64,000 nucleotides of DNA, from contig JANJGN010000008.1 of the NCBI GenBank assembly GCA_026770705.1, forward strand, positions 173,104,001-173,168,000, in the 5' to 3' direction. This DNA is from Isurus oxyrinchus. Taxonomy: Eukaryota. Shown here one piece after another: positions 13,628-27,000 of the stretch (its first letter is position 1; the number at the start of each line of letters is the position of its first letter). The notes under the pieces are model-generated. The model saw only the letters and a program-made list of their open reading frames with translations. It was not told where the DNA came from and did not search any database. The position numbers and the translations under genes were made by a program.

Positions 13628-13820
13628 AAGAAATAGGAGCAGGAGTAGACCACACAGCTCCTTGAGCCTGATGCACCATTCAACAAGATTGTGACTGATC
13701 AACTTTATTTCCTGTCCTATCAACATATCCCTTGATTTCCTTAGTGCTCAACATTCAATTGAACTCAGTCTTGAATGTACTCAACAACTAGGCATTGAAA
13801 GCCCCCTGGGACAATGAATT
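13628..13820 (-). mobile_element. CR1 3' UTR fragment
   Basis: cataagaaataggagcaggagtagacca... is the reverse of the CR1 tail. Confidence 0.75.
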
Positions 13821-15361
13821 TTAATTATTTATACTCCGATAATACTTACTGCCCACGTGGGTGTACTTAAGCCTTAAGTGCCAACTTGCACTTATGGGCT
13901 TACACAAGTAGGATGTACACTTACAGATGGAGATTGTGCACTCCATAATAGGGCAAACAAAATCTAACTGTATGACTTCTCAGCAGCTTGGTTTAAACGT
14001 ATCAGCTATTCAGCCATGCAAAAGAAAATATTAGTAAAAATAGACATGGAAAAGAAAAGTTTACCAAAATACAGAAAAAATATGTAGTGCAACTATCAGA
14101 CTGTACTTAACCCTTAGAGAACTGCTGTAGAACATTTGTAACGCTCAACACCATTGCTGCCCTCAGCACTCCCATCTGTACCTTAACTAGTCGAAACCCC
14201 ACTACTTCTTTCAGAGTTCCATATTTGACATTAAACTGCTGGATATCGTCCATCGACAAGCATTTTGTTTTTTGGCAGCAAGTTTATGATAGAACACACA
14301 TTTCAAAGTGAAGAAGCACAGGCAGTTGTCAAAAGTTAAGATAATAAAATGGACTGAACAGCTCTGGAAAAAATAACTGCATCACTCTCCATCAACAACG
14401 AATGACCTCTAAATTTACAAGCAATGCGGCCAAATGAAAGAAATTTTCCTGAAGCCTACACATTCAGAAATACAAACACAAATCCTTCTAAACAAACAGG
14501 GAGACTTGTACTCTAATCAAGCAACAAAACATTAAAGGGTATTATTACCACCTATTGCTCTCTGTGTGCAATAACTATTGGGTATTAACACACCAGAAAT
14601 TAACTTGAAAGTAATGTGTAAACCATACTTATAAGTCTCTTAATTTAAGTTACAAAACATTATTTTATTGCTGCATTTTATTACTTCAGATTTACTGAAT
14701 TTTCAGATTACATAAAACTAATTACAACATCAGTTGAGCAAATAACCAACATCACAATGTCTTGCTGAACATTTATTAATAATGGGGGCTTATTCAATGA
14801 GGAGCTGACTGTACATTTAAATTGTTGTCAAATTTTTTGCTTAAATAAGATAGGTCAGGCAGGTACATAAACAATTTACAATGCAGCTCTTAAGAAGTTC
14901 TAATTTCTCAGTTGGAGCTGACCAGGTCCTTTATTGGGAGTTCCCATTTGATGTGTGAACCACATTGGAGAGATTGAGGAGCAAGGACTGGGTGTGCAAG
15001 TGGAGGTCAAAGTTTGGACTCAGTAAAACCTCAAACTTCTAAAAAAGCTTTCACAGGTCATCTCCAACAGTACATTTCCTTTAGGAGAACGCTGACATTA
15101 CAACTTCAAATGTACTTCACTGGATGTAAAACACTTTGGGATATTCCGTGGTTGTGAAAAGCACTATTCACATCCAAATTCTTTCATTCTTGGAGGAAAG
15201 ATGCCAATTCCTAATGTCTGAGGGGGAAAAGTAGAAGGCTATGGCTGAAGCAAATATTCAGTAAGAAGCTTGTGTGTCAGGGAGAGGGGCAAGGACACGT
15301 GAAAATGTCACAGCTGTTCTTAGCAGAGGCTCCTGTCATTTTGTAATTGCTCTGGGATTTC

Positions 15362-15621
15362 ACTCACTTTTCCAGAACTGCTTCATCCGATTCAGGACCG
15401 CGGGGAGTTGGAGCCTATCCCAATAGACAATGCGTACTAGGTGGGATGCCTAGCACCCAGGACAGGATGTCAGTCCATCACAGGACACAGACTTGGACAG
15501 TGGGACGAAACTGGAGCACTGGAAGGAAACCCACACAGACACAGGGAGAACATGCAAACTCTAGACAGATACCCGAGGTCAGAATCCCTGGTGCTATGAG
15601 GCAGCAGTACTAACCACTATG
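15362..15621 (-). mobile_element. V-SINE (HE1/DANA-type) with 13-bp TSD
   Basis: V-domain ggaaacccacacagacacagggagaacatgcaaactc; tRNA-head remnant at the right end; gctctgggatttc at 15349-15361 and 15622-15634. Confidence 0.85.
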
Positions 15622-16389
15622 GCTCTGGGATTTCTTTTGTTCATTTCAAGGACGTATATTAAAAAGTCATTGTAAAGATAGAATGTTTTCATTATATTTG
15701 ACTGCTATTACCATAGAGTTGCATTAGATTTAACCTGAGACAGTTTAATCTGTTTTTCAATGTGGGAATTCATTGACAACAACTAAAGTTAAGTGGGGAA
15801 CATAGACTATAAGCATGGAATAGACCATTGCAGTCCATCTAGCCATTTTCCCCCAATTGTAATTATGCACAAAGGCATTATCTTCACTAAATGTATTAGT
15901 TTCAAGGAGTGCAACTAGGTTTCTATCCTTGGCTTAAAATGGTGCCTTTAGGAGATCAAATGAAGAGAAGTCTGGATGGGATCAGGTTACATGATGAATA
16001 TGCCTGTGGGTTTAGACACTGGCCAATGTGTCTCTATTGCCATGACATCTAAGAAATATTTGGCAAACTGTAGCTGTGTTTTGGCCTGGTTCAACACTGT
16101 ATGCTTATGTTTGTGAACACAAGTCTCTTTTCTATTTACAGTTTTGCCTTAATTTTTCTCCATTTCCTTCTCTCCTGGGCTCTTGCCTCTGGTCAACCTC
16201 TTTCCTTTTTGGGGGCAGACACTGTGGACTCTTATGTGATTCTAACATTAACAGTACTCCATGTTAAAGTGCCAGGAGAAATGTATGGAAGAGGGCCAGA
16301 CTGAGATACACTGGTAGTTTTCCCTCTCTTGAGATGTCCTGAACATAAGCCTTTTTGATATTCTGAACACTAAACCATGAAATATATCT

Positions 16390-16730
16390 CCTCAATGGTT
16401 CAATGAGTAAATGCACCTAGTGGTACATTACTGAGCATTAAGGACAAGGAAGGGTTCAGATTTGATTCCTGTGAGGGGGTGGGGGAGGTTAGAGGATCTA
16501 AACTTGGCAATGCTTGAGCATTGGAATAGCCTCAGTGCCTCTAGACCAGGGAGGGAAATAATCAACGAGGTTCCCAGTCCTGATGGCTATCCGTTTACTA
16601 ATGTTGGAAAGGACACGCATCATACTAACTGATTGGGTTGTATTGTGATACTCCGCACGGTCAATTAGTCTGCGGACACACTGTCTAGGCTTCCCAAAGG
16701 GTGAGGTATTGGAGAAACAACCGAATGTCG
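16390..16730 (+). mobile_element. Old tRNA-derived SINE, family uncertain
   Basis: SINE-like head and body; partial similarity to about 49500-49720. Confidence 0.4.
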
Positions 16731-18759
16731 TGTGAGATGTAACAACCATAGTACATAATTCCCCCCCCCCCCCCCTGCCCCCCCCCCACCCCCTGGCAGT
16801 CTTGTCCCCTTTCCTTTGAAGACAACTGAGGGCAGGAAGGAATCGTGAAATACAATTTATATTAATTAAGCATTGACGGTGTCACAAATTATGGAGGAAA
16901 ATTATATCTTATTAAAGAAAAATCTCATGTACAATTGATTCTTTAAGGGTTCAATTTGCAATTTGTTTGAAATGGGATACTATGCAATACATCTGTAAGA
17001 ATTATAGCATGGGGGATATAGGAGTGTAGAGAGAGGAGGTGAACGTTGTACACAAAGTGAATATTTGTGAACAAAGAGAACATGTTTCAGCCAATGTCAG
17101 CATCAAGTGCTGCCAGATTATGGATGATATGGATCTATATCTGGGTCAAAGTGCTTTGTAAAGTTTGTTTTGCAAAACACAACAATACACCTCACATAAG
17201 CCTCAAGAGACTGTATGATACATCAGTAATCATCTAAATAACTAAATGGCTGGAGACAATTACAGATGCAATAGCTCTACAATACGAAAAGTTTAGTGCT
17301 GTGGATTTATGCCCCGTAGAAACTGGATCAAATTGTTTAACTTCATTTCTAATGGAACACTTGCAGAAGCAGAGTGCAAAAAATTTAGATAAGAGTAATA
17401 TTCCATCAGTGTATGTTGACTTTGAACCCAAGCCCCCAAGTGGAAAGAGCAGAACAGAACTATCTCCAGGATCATTTCTCAACTTTTCTGTGTAGAAGCC
17501 TATGATCCAAAGCATCAAATATCACAAATATCTATCAGAAAGAGATCACTATTCCTTTGTTTTACCTAAGTAATGCAAAATGCTCGGACTGAGTTCTGCT
17601 CATTGTCATTTCAAATAACGACCTTCTACCTAATCTCCAAATCTAAAAAAGAAGGAATTACGGAGTTCGCCCACTGACAGTTTAAAAATGTAATACTTGC
17701 TCTCAACTGTGTCATCAATACAACGCAGAGAGTTAGAGCTTCCCCATTGGGATGAAGGAAAAACAAATCATAGACAATTGCACAAAGCCACTGTAACATA
17801 CCATCTAGGAGCTAGGATCAGACTCAACTCAGTGGACGAAGCTGGGAGCTTCACTGCTAACCTCACAGGTAGGGAATGATATGCAAAGCAGTGAAAATCC
17901 AAGAAAGAGAGGTTCAAAGGAACCCAAATGAATAATTACTTAACATGAATACATTGTTCTTCTTATAAGTGAATCAAATGCATTGTTATAGCTGTATTCC
18001 ATAAATAGCAGTTTCCAACTCATGGGGTTACTGTTGGTTTCACTCATTGAAAACAGACTAGTTCCTTCTGAAACTCTTGTCACATAAGCATTTGTTTTTC
18101 AAATGTACTGGCATCTGCTCTATGCTTCCCATTGTCCCACTGTAACTAAAAGAACAAGCCCAGGCTTTGGGTCTCTCTTGCATCTTTTGATTCACAGCCC
18201 TAGAAATTGTTTTATTTTTGCTGTTTCAGATGTAGAATAAACTTGCCTTCTGATGCACACTGCGACATAGGTAAGGAAGGTTAGAACCTAACCAGCAAAC
18301 AATCATTTGTACAAGGTACAAAGTTATTAGGCGGTACATGTCAATGCCAAAAAATCTGAAATCATTGCAAGAAAATGCTGGGGAAATCAGCAAGGAAGCC
18401 CCGACTTTAGGAAGGATGGTAGTGAATTGAGGACAGGCAGCAGTGATGTGGAGACAGGACTCGATCTGCAGAAACACATTGGAAGATACCAGAATCAGAT
18501 TCACTTAGGTTTGTCAATTTTGGCATTTAGTAGCAGTGTGCAGAAAGCCTGAACTGAATGTCCCTGGAATAAGCTTGCGAAGAGCTCAGCATTAATTAGG
18601 CTGCAGAGATTGTTCAGGAAACTGGATAAAACTGGGCCTCATCTACACACCCATAATATAAATGACAAAATTGTACGCTGCTCCAAATTGGCTGCAGTTT
18701 CAAGGCCCCAGCTAATTTGGAGTGCCCAGAATGTGGTAGATCTTACGGAAGCACTATTT

Positions 18760-18985
18760 TTTTTCCTGTAGAGGGTAATGGGAATGTGGAACTCTTTCCC
18801 CAAAAAACTGTTGAGGCGAGAGTGTCAGTTGGAAAGTTTGAAATAGAGATTGATAGATTTTTGTAGGCAACAGTATTAAGGGATGTGGAACTAAGGCAAG
18901 TAGATGGTGTTAAGATATAGATCAACCATGATCTAATTGAATGGTGGAACAGGTTTGAGAGGACTGAATGGACTACTCTAATTCT
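18760..18985 (+). mobile_element. CR1 3' fragment
   Basis: gagggtaatgggaatgtggaactc...gagattgatagatttttg...gatcaaccatgatctaattgaatgg. Confidence 0.8.
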
Positions 18986-19679
18986 TAGATTTTAGCTGTC
19001 AGGCAATTGACTGGCTAAATGTGCTGCTGGGTGCACAATGCTGCCGGACAAAGGTTCAGTCCAATTCCAGGGCCTAGGCTTCAATAACATGTAAACAGTG
19101 GGAAGCAATCTGACACAATATTGGGCAGCTCAGAGGCCGACCCAGGCAGGAATAAGATAGAAAAGGTTGTGATGATGGGGTGCAGAAGGCAACCTGGCAG
19201 AAGATGCACACATTATTCCTGCGGAGCTTGGAGGAGCACTCCTGCTCATTCTGGCCCCTCAAAATTAAATTTCAGCACTAAAATGGAATGGCCTCTTTGG
19301 TTTCCCCTGCCAGGCTTTACTGGGCAGTGAACATGCTGTTCAGTAGGCAGTTAAATTGGAAGAAGATCTTGATTGGCATAGATTAATGAGGCTGCCTACC
19401 CTATTCAGGAAAATGCTTGGCAACCCAATGAAAGGGCTTGAGAAACAGGTTGGAGGAGCAGGAATTGTACGTCTAGCACTTCCATTTTAACTCTGCTACT
19501 ACCCTATTTCCTTCTGGAAAAATTATTTGGTCATCAAAAGTGAAACGTTAACTCTGTCTCTCCCTGTGGATGCTGCTTGATCTGGTGAGTATTTCCCACA
19601 ATTTTTTTTGTATGCTTTTGCTTGTCTTGCAATACAAGATGATAAGGGTCATCAACTACAGATTATTGGATAGACCTTA

Positions 19680-20065
19680 ATTCCTTTCCATCAGCAAGAA
19701 CACCTACTTCTGCCTCCATAACATTGCTCATCTCCATCCCTGCCTCAGTTCAATTGCTTTTCAAATCCCTTCATGACATCTGCTGTTTTCTGATTCTAAC
19801 TCCTCCAGCCCTACAACTCTCAGATTTCTGTGTTCCTCCAATTCTGGCTTCTTGCCCATCCCTAATTTTCCTGCTCCACCATTGATAACTTTGGCTGTCA
19901 GGTCCTATGCTTCGGAATTCCCTTCCTAAACCTCTCCTCTTTAAAAGCACTCCACTCATTATCTATCCTTTTGTGGCTTGGTATCAAATTTTGATTGATA
20001 AAACGTCCTGTTAAGCATCCTGGAATCTTTTACTCCATTACCCATGCTATATAAATGCAAGTTGC
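19680..20065 (+). mobile_element. L2 LINE 3' end
   Basis: cagccctacaac...ggaattcccttcctaaacctctcc... ending gctatataaatgcaagttg. Confidence 0.75.
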
Positions 20066-20619
20066 ATGGCTAACCAGTTATCATTAGTTTTTTTTGGTAG
20101 GGTACACAAGGTCATTTATTGTACCTGAACAATAGCTAACCAGACAATACAACACTATCACAACTGATTGAGAAACTATTAGTGAATAAGGTGCTACGGA
20201 ATGGCCATTGGGCGACATTGACACAGTTGTGTGTGGCTCCAATTATAGCTCAAGAACAGTGTAATCTTAAAATACTATTATTACCGTTAAAAAGAAAATG
20301 ATTGCACATTTTGATTTTCAATGATTTTGAAAGGCCAATATAAATGGTCGTTATAGCTTCAACATGAAAGTATTCTTATCTTCAATAAAGTACATTGATC
20401 CTGACTGATTTTCTAGCAAAGCCAGTGGGTTAAAGGGCTAGAGTACCAGTGGGCCACTCAAAATAAACATTGTGATTCACATATTACTGTGCTGGCCAAG
20501 GCCATTTCCCACCCACCAAACAAAATAGGAAACAATTCAAACGAGATAACATTTCAGAATAAGCCTGGAGATGATGCTAAACTTTTATAAAACACTAACT
20601 TGGCTCCAGCTGGGGTACT

Positions 20620-21227
20620 GGGCAGGATTTTCAGGCCGCTAGGTGGGCGAGCCTGAGAGCTGCCGGGAAACGGTCCCCACAATCGGCCCCCAACCATGGG
20701 TTCACACTGGCTGGCCAATTAACGGCCAGCCCGCGGGAAAGGCTCGGAGCTACCAGGGCAGGGGGAGGGTGAGCACTGAAATCTGCACAGGCGTGGGGAA
20801 GCTTGCAATAAATGCTCCCTGAAGGCAGAGAGCTGCCTCGGGGAGCTGAAGAATTTTAAATCCTTAAATAGAGATTTCAAAATCCTGGAAAAAAATTCCA
20901 CGCATAAGAAGTACTGACCTAAACATGTTGATGATAAAAATTCTGCCCAAACATTTTTTAAAAAATTATTATCAGAAACCTCAACCTGCCCTTGGATGAG
21001 GTCTCCTCAAAAATCCAAAGGGTTCTAGCTGATTCGCCTGCCCGCCAAACGTAAGGTTGGACAAGCAGTGAAAAATAATGGTTAATTAATTGTTAATGGC
21101 CTTAATAGGCCTCTTAATTGTCGGCGGGTGCGCTGCCAACTCTCACGCACGCCCACTGACCGAAATATTGCGTGTCATTTCATGCTCGAATGTGTTGGGT
21201 GCGCACGCTGAGTGGAAAATTCTACCC
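20620..21227. mobile_element. Non-autonomous DNA transposon (MITE), PIF/Harbinger-like
   Basis: TIRs GGGCAGGATTTTC / GAAAATTCTACCC; 3-bp TSD ACT at 20617-20619 and 21228-21230. Confidence 0.85.
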
Positions 21228-21564
21228 ACTGTGTCCAATTCTGGGGACCACACTTCAGGAAGGAGGTGAAGGCTTTAGTGAGGATACAGAAAAAATTAAT
21301 TAGAATGGTTCCAGGGACGAGGGATGTCCGTTACATAGATTGACTGGACTAACTGAGATTGTTTTCCTTAGAGTAGGGAAGGTGAAGAGGAGATTTGATA
21401 AGAGGTGTTTAAAATCATGACTGGTTTAGATACAGTAATTAAAGGAAAATTGTTTCCAATTTTCAAAAGGTCAATAACCAGAGAGCACAGATTTGAAGTG
21501 ATTGACAAAACAAAAGGGGCAACATGAGGAAAACTTTTAATTTGAAAGGGAGGAAGTGGTTTGG

Positions 21565-21730
21565 AACAAAAACAGAAAATGCTGGAATACTCAGGTCAGG
21601 CAGCATCTGTGAAGAGAAACATTTCAGCTCAATGATCCTTCATCAGTTCTGATGCTGCCTGTCCCAGTGAGTATTTCCAGCATTTTTGGTTTTACTTTCA
21701 GATATTCAGCATCTGCAGTATTTTGCTTTC
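21565..21730. mobile_element. Penelope-pLTR-like palindromic element
   Basis: aaaacagaaaatgctggaatactca...gcagcatc / gatgctgcc...tgagtatttccagcatttt; approximate TSD aagtggtttgg / aagtagttagg. Confidence 0.7.
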
Positions 21731-22349
21731 ATGCAAGTAGTTAGGATTTGGGATGTGCTGCCTGATAGATTTGATAGTATTCCCTTCAAAAGGGGATTGG
21801 ATATCTCCTTGAAGTTGAAAAGAAATAGGGATATGGGGGAAGAGTGGGGGAGTGGGACTAACTGGATTGCTCTTCAAAAGAACTAGCGCAGACTTCATGA
21901 ACCAAATAGTCTCCTTCTGTGCTGCACTATTCTATGATAATAACAAGGTAACATTAAGAGGTTTAGAGAAACTTTTGGAAGGGTGCCAGCCCTTTCTGAT
22001 AAAATGCTCCAAGATGCACTTTCGTGGGCTTAACATTCATTATTATCCAGACTGTGTCTGTTTCACCATATCCATGTTAATATAACTATTATAATAAATC
22101 ATTTCTTTACCTATAGATTTGGTTGAAAAGAATTAGGCACTTGTAGCTATGTACTGTTATTTCAGGGCAATTAAGAGCTACTGCATCTTGGAAAGGTATA
22201 CAAAATACACTTGATATTCAAAACAAAAAGGGAAGTGAATGCCGTGAACAATTCATTGTTATTTTCAAACAAATTACTTCCAAAATATCCAGCTAAAAGA
22301 GGATTGTTACCACACTGTCCTTTCAACTCTAGGGTCTCAATTTGAATTA

Positions 22350-22690
22350 GGTAGGAACATAGGAACAGGAATAAGCCATTCAGTCTTTGGATATGAATCA
22401 ATCAGATTATGGTCGGTCTGTATCTCAGCCTTATTCACCCATCTTGGCTACATCCCTTATCCCTTAAATACCCTTACCTAACCAAAATCTAACAATCTCA
22501 GCATTGACATTTTTAATTGATCCCTGCTTTCTAGGGAAGAGAGTTCTCAATTTCTACTAGCATTTGTGAGGAGAATTGCTTCTTGATATCACCACTGAAT
22601 AACCCAGCATTAATTTTAAGGTGAAGACTCCATGTACTAGACTCCCTTACCAGAGAAAATAGTTTCTTCTATCTACTCTATTGACCCCAC
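22350..22690 (-). mobile_element. CR1 3' fragment
   Basis: taggaacataggaacagg...ccattcag reversed tail. Confidence 0.7.
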
Positions 22691-23848
22691 ACTCAACGAC
22701 AAAATCTTATTGAAATATATTTATGGCAATCTCAGTTACTAGCGGTTGTAAATCCTCAGAATAAAGATGTCCATAATTTCAACCAAATTGTTAATCGCAA
22801 TTCAACAAGTCACAAGAATGACCGGTGTAGAAACTTGCAAGGAAAGAGTTAAACACCAAATACCAAAAGTGGAAAAACATTCCATTTCCCAACATTGATA
22901 TTAAAAAAATGTCAAAGTGATAAATCAAGTAAAAAGAAACCCAAAATATTGTTACACCATCAAAGTAAAATGGATAAGTACCTCTTGACCATCCAGTTTT
23001 ATTACCTGGTGCTTCCTGTGAAAACTTAGTTAAATGAATTTAATGCACTCCCCGCTCAAATTATTAGGTGGAGTGCCACATGGGCACAAAACATTCAACT
23101 ATCAGAGGAAAACAAAAAGCAACGAATCATTTCCACATGAAGTCACGTGTCCTATTGCCCAGGCATGAGTTGTCATTGTCATTGATGGTGGATAGGTCAT
23201 TATTGTCAACGCCAGGAATGAGGTGGGGTTTAGGCCACAAGGGTAAAACAAGTTTTAAAAAGGTAGGCAACAGGCAAAAAGGATGTAAGGACACAGTCAA
23301 GGTTGTCCCTTTAGTGAGAGCTATTGGATTATTTTTACATCACATTTACATACAGCTCCTGATTGAAGCACAGAACTCCAATGTACCAAGTCACTTTCCA
23401 ATCATCTCTATCACATACAAATTCTGGTTCAAGGTGTAGCACAGGATACAGCCAGCACAACACAAAACACAGAACCAGACATTTAAATGCTACCCAATCA
23501 CCAGCACAATAATTACAGCCAGACACAACCACGTATCACCAAGAGACAGCAGAGCATTCCAAAAGCCAAACCTCTTTCAAGTGTTTTATATTATGTTCTT
23601 TTAGATTGATTTGTTGAAAGAATTAAGAAGTAAATGTGGTACAGCAATTCACAAATGGAATATTTTATCTGCACTCCAATCTTTTTTTAAAAACCCAAAG
23701 AAATCTCAATCAAAGTACAATATTTCCTGACTGCATATGTTGTAACATTTGACTGGATAAAGGAAATGGAATGTGTTGTATTTCTTTGCAGTTTTAAGGG
23801 CACAAGCAGCACATAAATGCATTGGATTAACAATCTCACTACAATTAC

Positions 23849-24069
23849 CATTCTCTGCTGCTTGCTTGAGGTTTTCCAACATGGTGTCATAGTGGATCCT
23901 ACACAGCACTTTTTCTTCAACCAGCCCAAACTCCTCCCCTGTGGAGAGCTGCCTCTTACAGGAGAAACAAGCAAAGCATGCCAGATGGTAGGCATTACCC
24001 CGTGCTCTCCGTACCCAGTCACTGGCGTAGATCTGCCTGCCACAGCGGGCGCACTTTGTGCCAAACCGG
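23849..24069 (-). CDS. LHX6: LHX6 coding exon 5 (LIM2: [32 protein letters not shown]...[15 protein letters not shown])
   Basis: ctttttcag|C CGG ... AAT G|gtaatt; 221 nt; residues diagnostic of LHX6 rather than LHX8 ([23 protein letters not shown]). Confidence 0.98.
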
Positions 24070-27000
24070 CTGAAAAAGAGGAAACAATACATCAGAAAAT
24101 ACAATTAGGTCTCAGTTGTGTAGCTGAAGTCATGTATCATAAAATGTCAGGAAATGAACCTTTAATTGTGGGTGGTCTAAAATATTGCGAGTTTTTGAGC
24201 ATGATATATAATGAAAAAGTAATTAAAGAAGTCTGGTCCTGCATGCCCCCAACATTAATTCATACCATTGGAAACAGCTGAAGGCATACCTGCTTTAGTG
24301 AATTTGGTAATCATCCTATGACTCGATCTTAAACTAGGGGCCTGTTCAGGGTTTCAGAAAGAGACTGCCTTCACCGCTGGATAACAGATTGGAGCAATGG
24401 TGTGCTCCCCCCTCTAAAAAAGATCGGGTTACACTTTGTAAAAGTTACTTTCCTACAACTTTGGAATGATATTTTTCTTGAAGAAGCATGTTCCCTCTTT
24501 CCTACTCACACATCATAATCAGTCGTCTCAAGCGTTACTCATTTGGAGTGGAGTGTCACTCTTATGGTGTAACACTGTGACACATTTTAAATGCAGCACA
24601 TTTTTCAAAATAGTTTCATATGTTTGAGTGTGTTGGTGATCCGGTTTTCTTTTTGATCATGAATCCCACTAAGGATTCCACCCCCCCCACTGCACCCCGC
24701 GCCCCCCCTCCCCAAAGATTGACGATCAACAGCCTCATGTTCACAGCAACTCCACAATCTCAGTTACAGTACGGCGCAAGTTTTGAGATTCAGGAACAAG
24801 GCTGTAGTTTGGGAGGGCGAGCCAAGAGAGAGCAAAGCCAGACCGTGCAATAAGGTGTTTATAACACAACCTGCAGAGGTTATTTTTCATGGATTTGTGT
24901 TTATTTGTGTGAGAAATGCCATGACGGTATTAATCATCTCTTCCAGGCATGAGAGCGAGTAACTGCTTTATCTTTACAATCCAACTCTTAACTCTTTCGG
25001 TGCTGAATCTCAGGACATACAACTGTCCTACATTTACGTTGCTAAATGGTTTGAGTTGTGCTGTTATTTTGTGGGATTGATGATCATTTTAGAAACTGAA
25101 GTCTCAATCTAAGGTCAACACTATATTCCAGCGTTGAGGTTCTCTCTTTCTTTTGCTGTTCTCCAATTCCACCATCTGTAATCTGGTGATCATTGATGGC
25201 ACACGTGGATTTGATTGAAAAGTATATCAAACAAAGTTATTAAGTGTCAGCGCATGATGGATTTTCAAAAGGCAGGATGTTTGTAACTCTTAGCATTTGT
25301 GTTATAGCATTTAAATCAGAGAGTCAACTTTTATTACATCGTAGCACATCAGTAGATGATTCCACTGCATAAATATATAAACTTTTTGAGAGGGATGGTG
25401 CTTGATTATTTAATTTTCACAAGGCAGGCAGAAGGAGCAGACTGAGGATATGAAATCACGGATGAGGGCTATGGGATATGAGATCAGGACCCAGGGGATC
25501 CGAGATGTGGGCCAAGAAAAGCAGAAAAATTGGACCAGCCTGAAGCTGCCAAACTGAGATTTCACTGACCACTTTTACCACTTAATTTCTAAAAGCTGAT
25601 ATACCACTTTCCAGTATTTAATTTGGTGGTCCACATATACACAACTTTATAATCTTTCCACAGTCAAGTTTAAGGCACACTTTATGCATTGTTGAAATAA
25701 ATACAAGTCTTACCAGACAACAGAGTAATATTTTGACTATTGCCTGTAATTTCCAAGACAGTTTGCATTTTGTGCACATGTAGTAACAAAGCAATTAGTA
25801 TTCAATGATGATTACATAATTAATCTGGATAAAGACACAGCATTTAATGACTGTTAAATAAATAGCCCTCTGTCATTTTACTTTTGTTCTCTTGACTGTT
25901 TTTCTCTTTCTTTGCATATCTGCGATTAGACTGAGAAATGATTCCATTATTAGTCATTTTTACTTATGTGCCTAAAAAAAGTTGGTGTTCTATTAAACTT
26001 GGAGATTTTAAGATTGAAGGAGTGCCTTTAGGCTTTACTTCTAGAATGTCCTTTTACAAAAAGTGCTAACACCTCACTTATTGTGAAAGGCAAAGCGTTG
26101 TATTGCATTTTCCATTTCTTCTTCTTTAGTTTAAATAATAAATAAAAATTATTTGTGAGCTCATAAGATTATGTAAGAGTAACAAAGTATACTTACTTAA
26201 ACAAAGTATTTTGGCTCACTAAACAGAAAATGAACTGACAGGTGTAGAAGAACAGTAAAATGTTATGACTTGTCTTAGAATCCAACAGGACAAATTTTCA
26301 GGTCCTACTACCAGTAGCTGCACTCAATTGGACAAACAAAACCTAATTGGACAGTGACCCTTCAGCCTCTCCACGCTTGTAATTTGGGTGCAATTGTCCT
26401 TTAAACATTGCTAATTGTTTTGATTTTGTGATATCTGTTTTCATTGGAAGTGGTGCTTTTTCAGTTTAACTGCTCTCACCACATGCCTGCTGAGGACCAA
26501 GACAACAACATCCTTCCACATTCATTGTGTACTTTAACAAATTGCTAGCATTAATGTGCCATCTTAGAAATATGTACTGCCGCTTTGTTTTGGCTAAAGG
26601 CAGAGACTTAAATGGAGTTTCCCTGCCAAACTGTCCAGAAAAAAAATACATTGAACAGAAACATAATTACCATTTTACAATAACATCTCTTCCCCTTGAC
26701 CCTGATGCTGCCATAGCACCTTCCAAAATGGATGCATATAGAGCTTGTCAAGTAAATAGGAGCATCTTGTGAATACAACACAATTTGTAACTATTATTTT
26801 ATGTTATGTTAACTGTTATTTTATGCCACCTTCTCCCCATCCCAATTTTCAAACTTGCCTTGCCCCACCAAACCCTTCCTGATCTGCCCACCCCTTACCA
26901 CTTCCCACAGTGCTGATCCATGCTGGGCATAGTCCAGTGGATTCCTGCAGTCCTCGAGTACCTCAACAGGTTGTTTGACTGCAATAAGCTTCACAGTTGG

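Larger units (their letters stand above)
20520..21935 (+). mobile_element. CR1 3' fragment interrupted by a MITE (20620-21227) and a Penelope-type palindrome (21565-21730)
   Basis: atgatgctaaacttttataaaacact...ggggtact | gtgtccaattctgg is continuous across the insertion; gaaggtgaagaggagatttgata; CR1 tail. Confidence 0.85.

Noticed and set aside
17237-17495. About 86-codon open frame on + (ITKWLETITDAIALQYEKF...)
   Set aside because: No recognisable domain, splice context or partner exons; length is compatible with chance
23817-24281. 154-aa antisense ORF over exon 5, and other short ORFs in the track
   Set aside because: Shadow ORFs of real exons or repeats with no independent coding evidence
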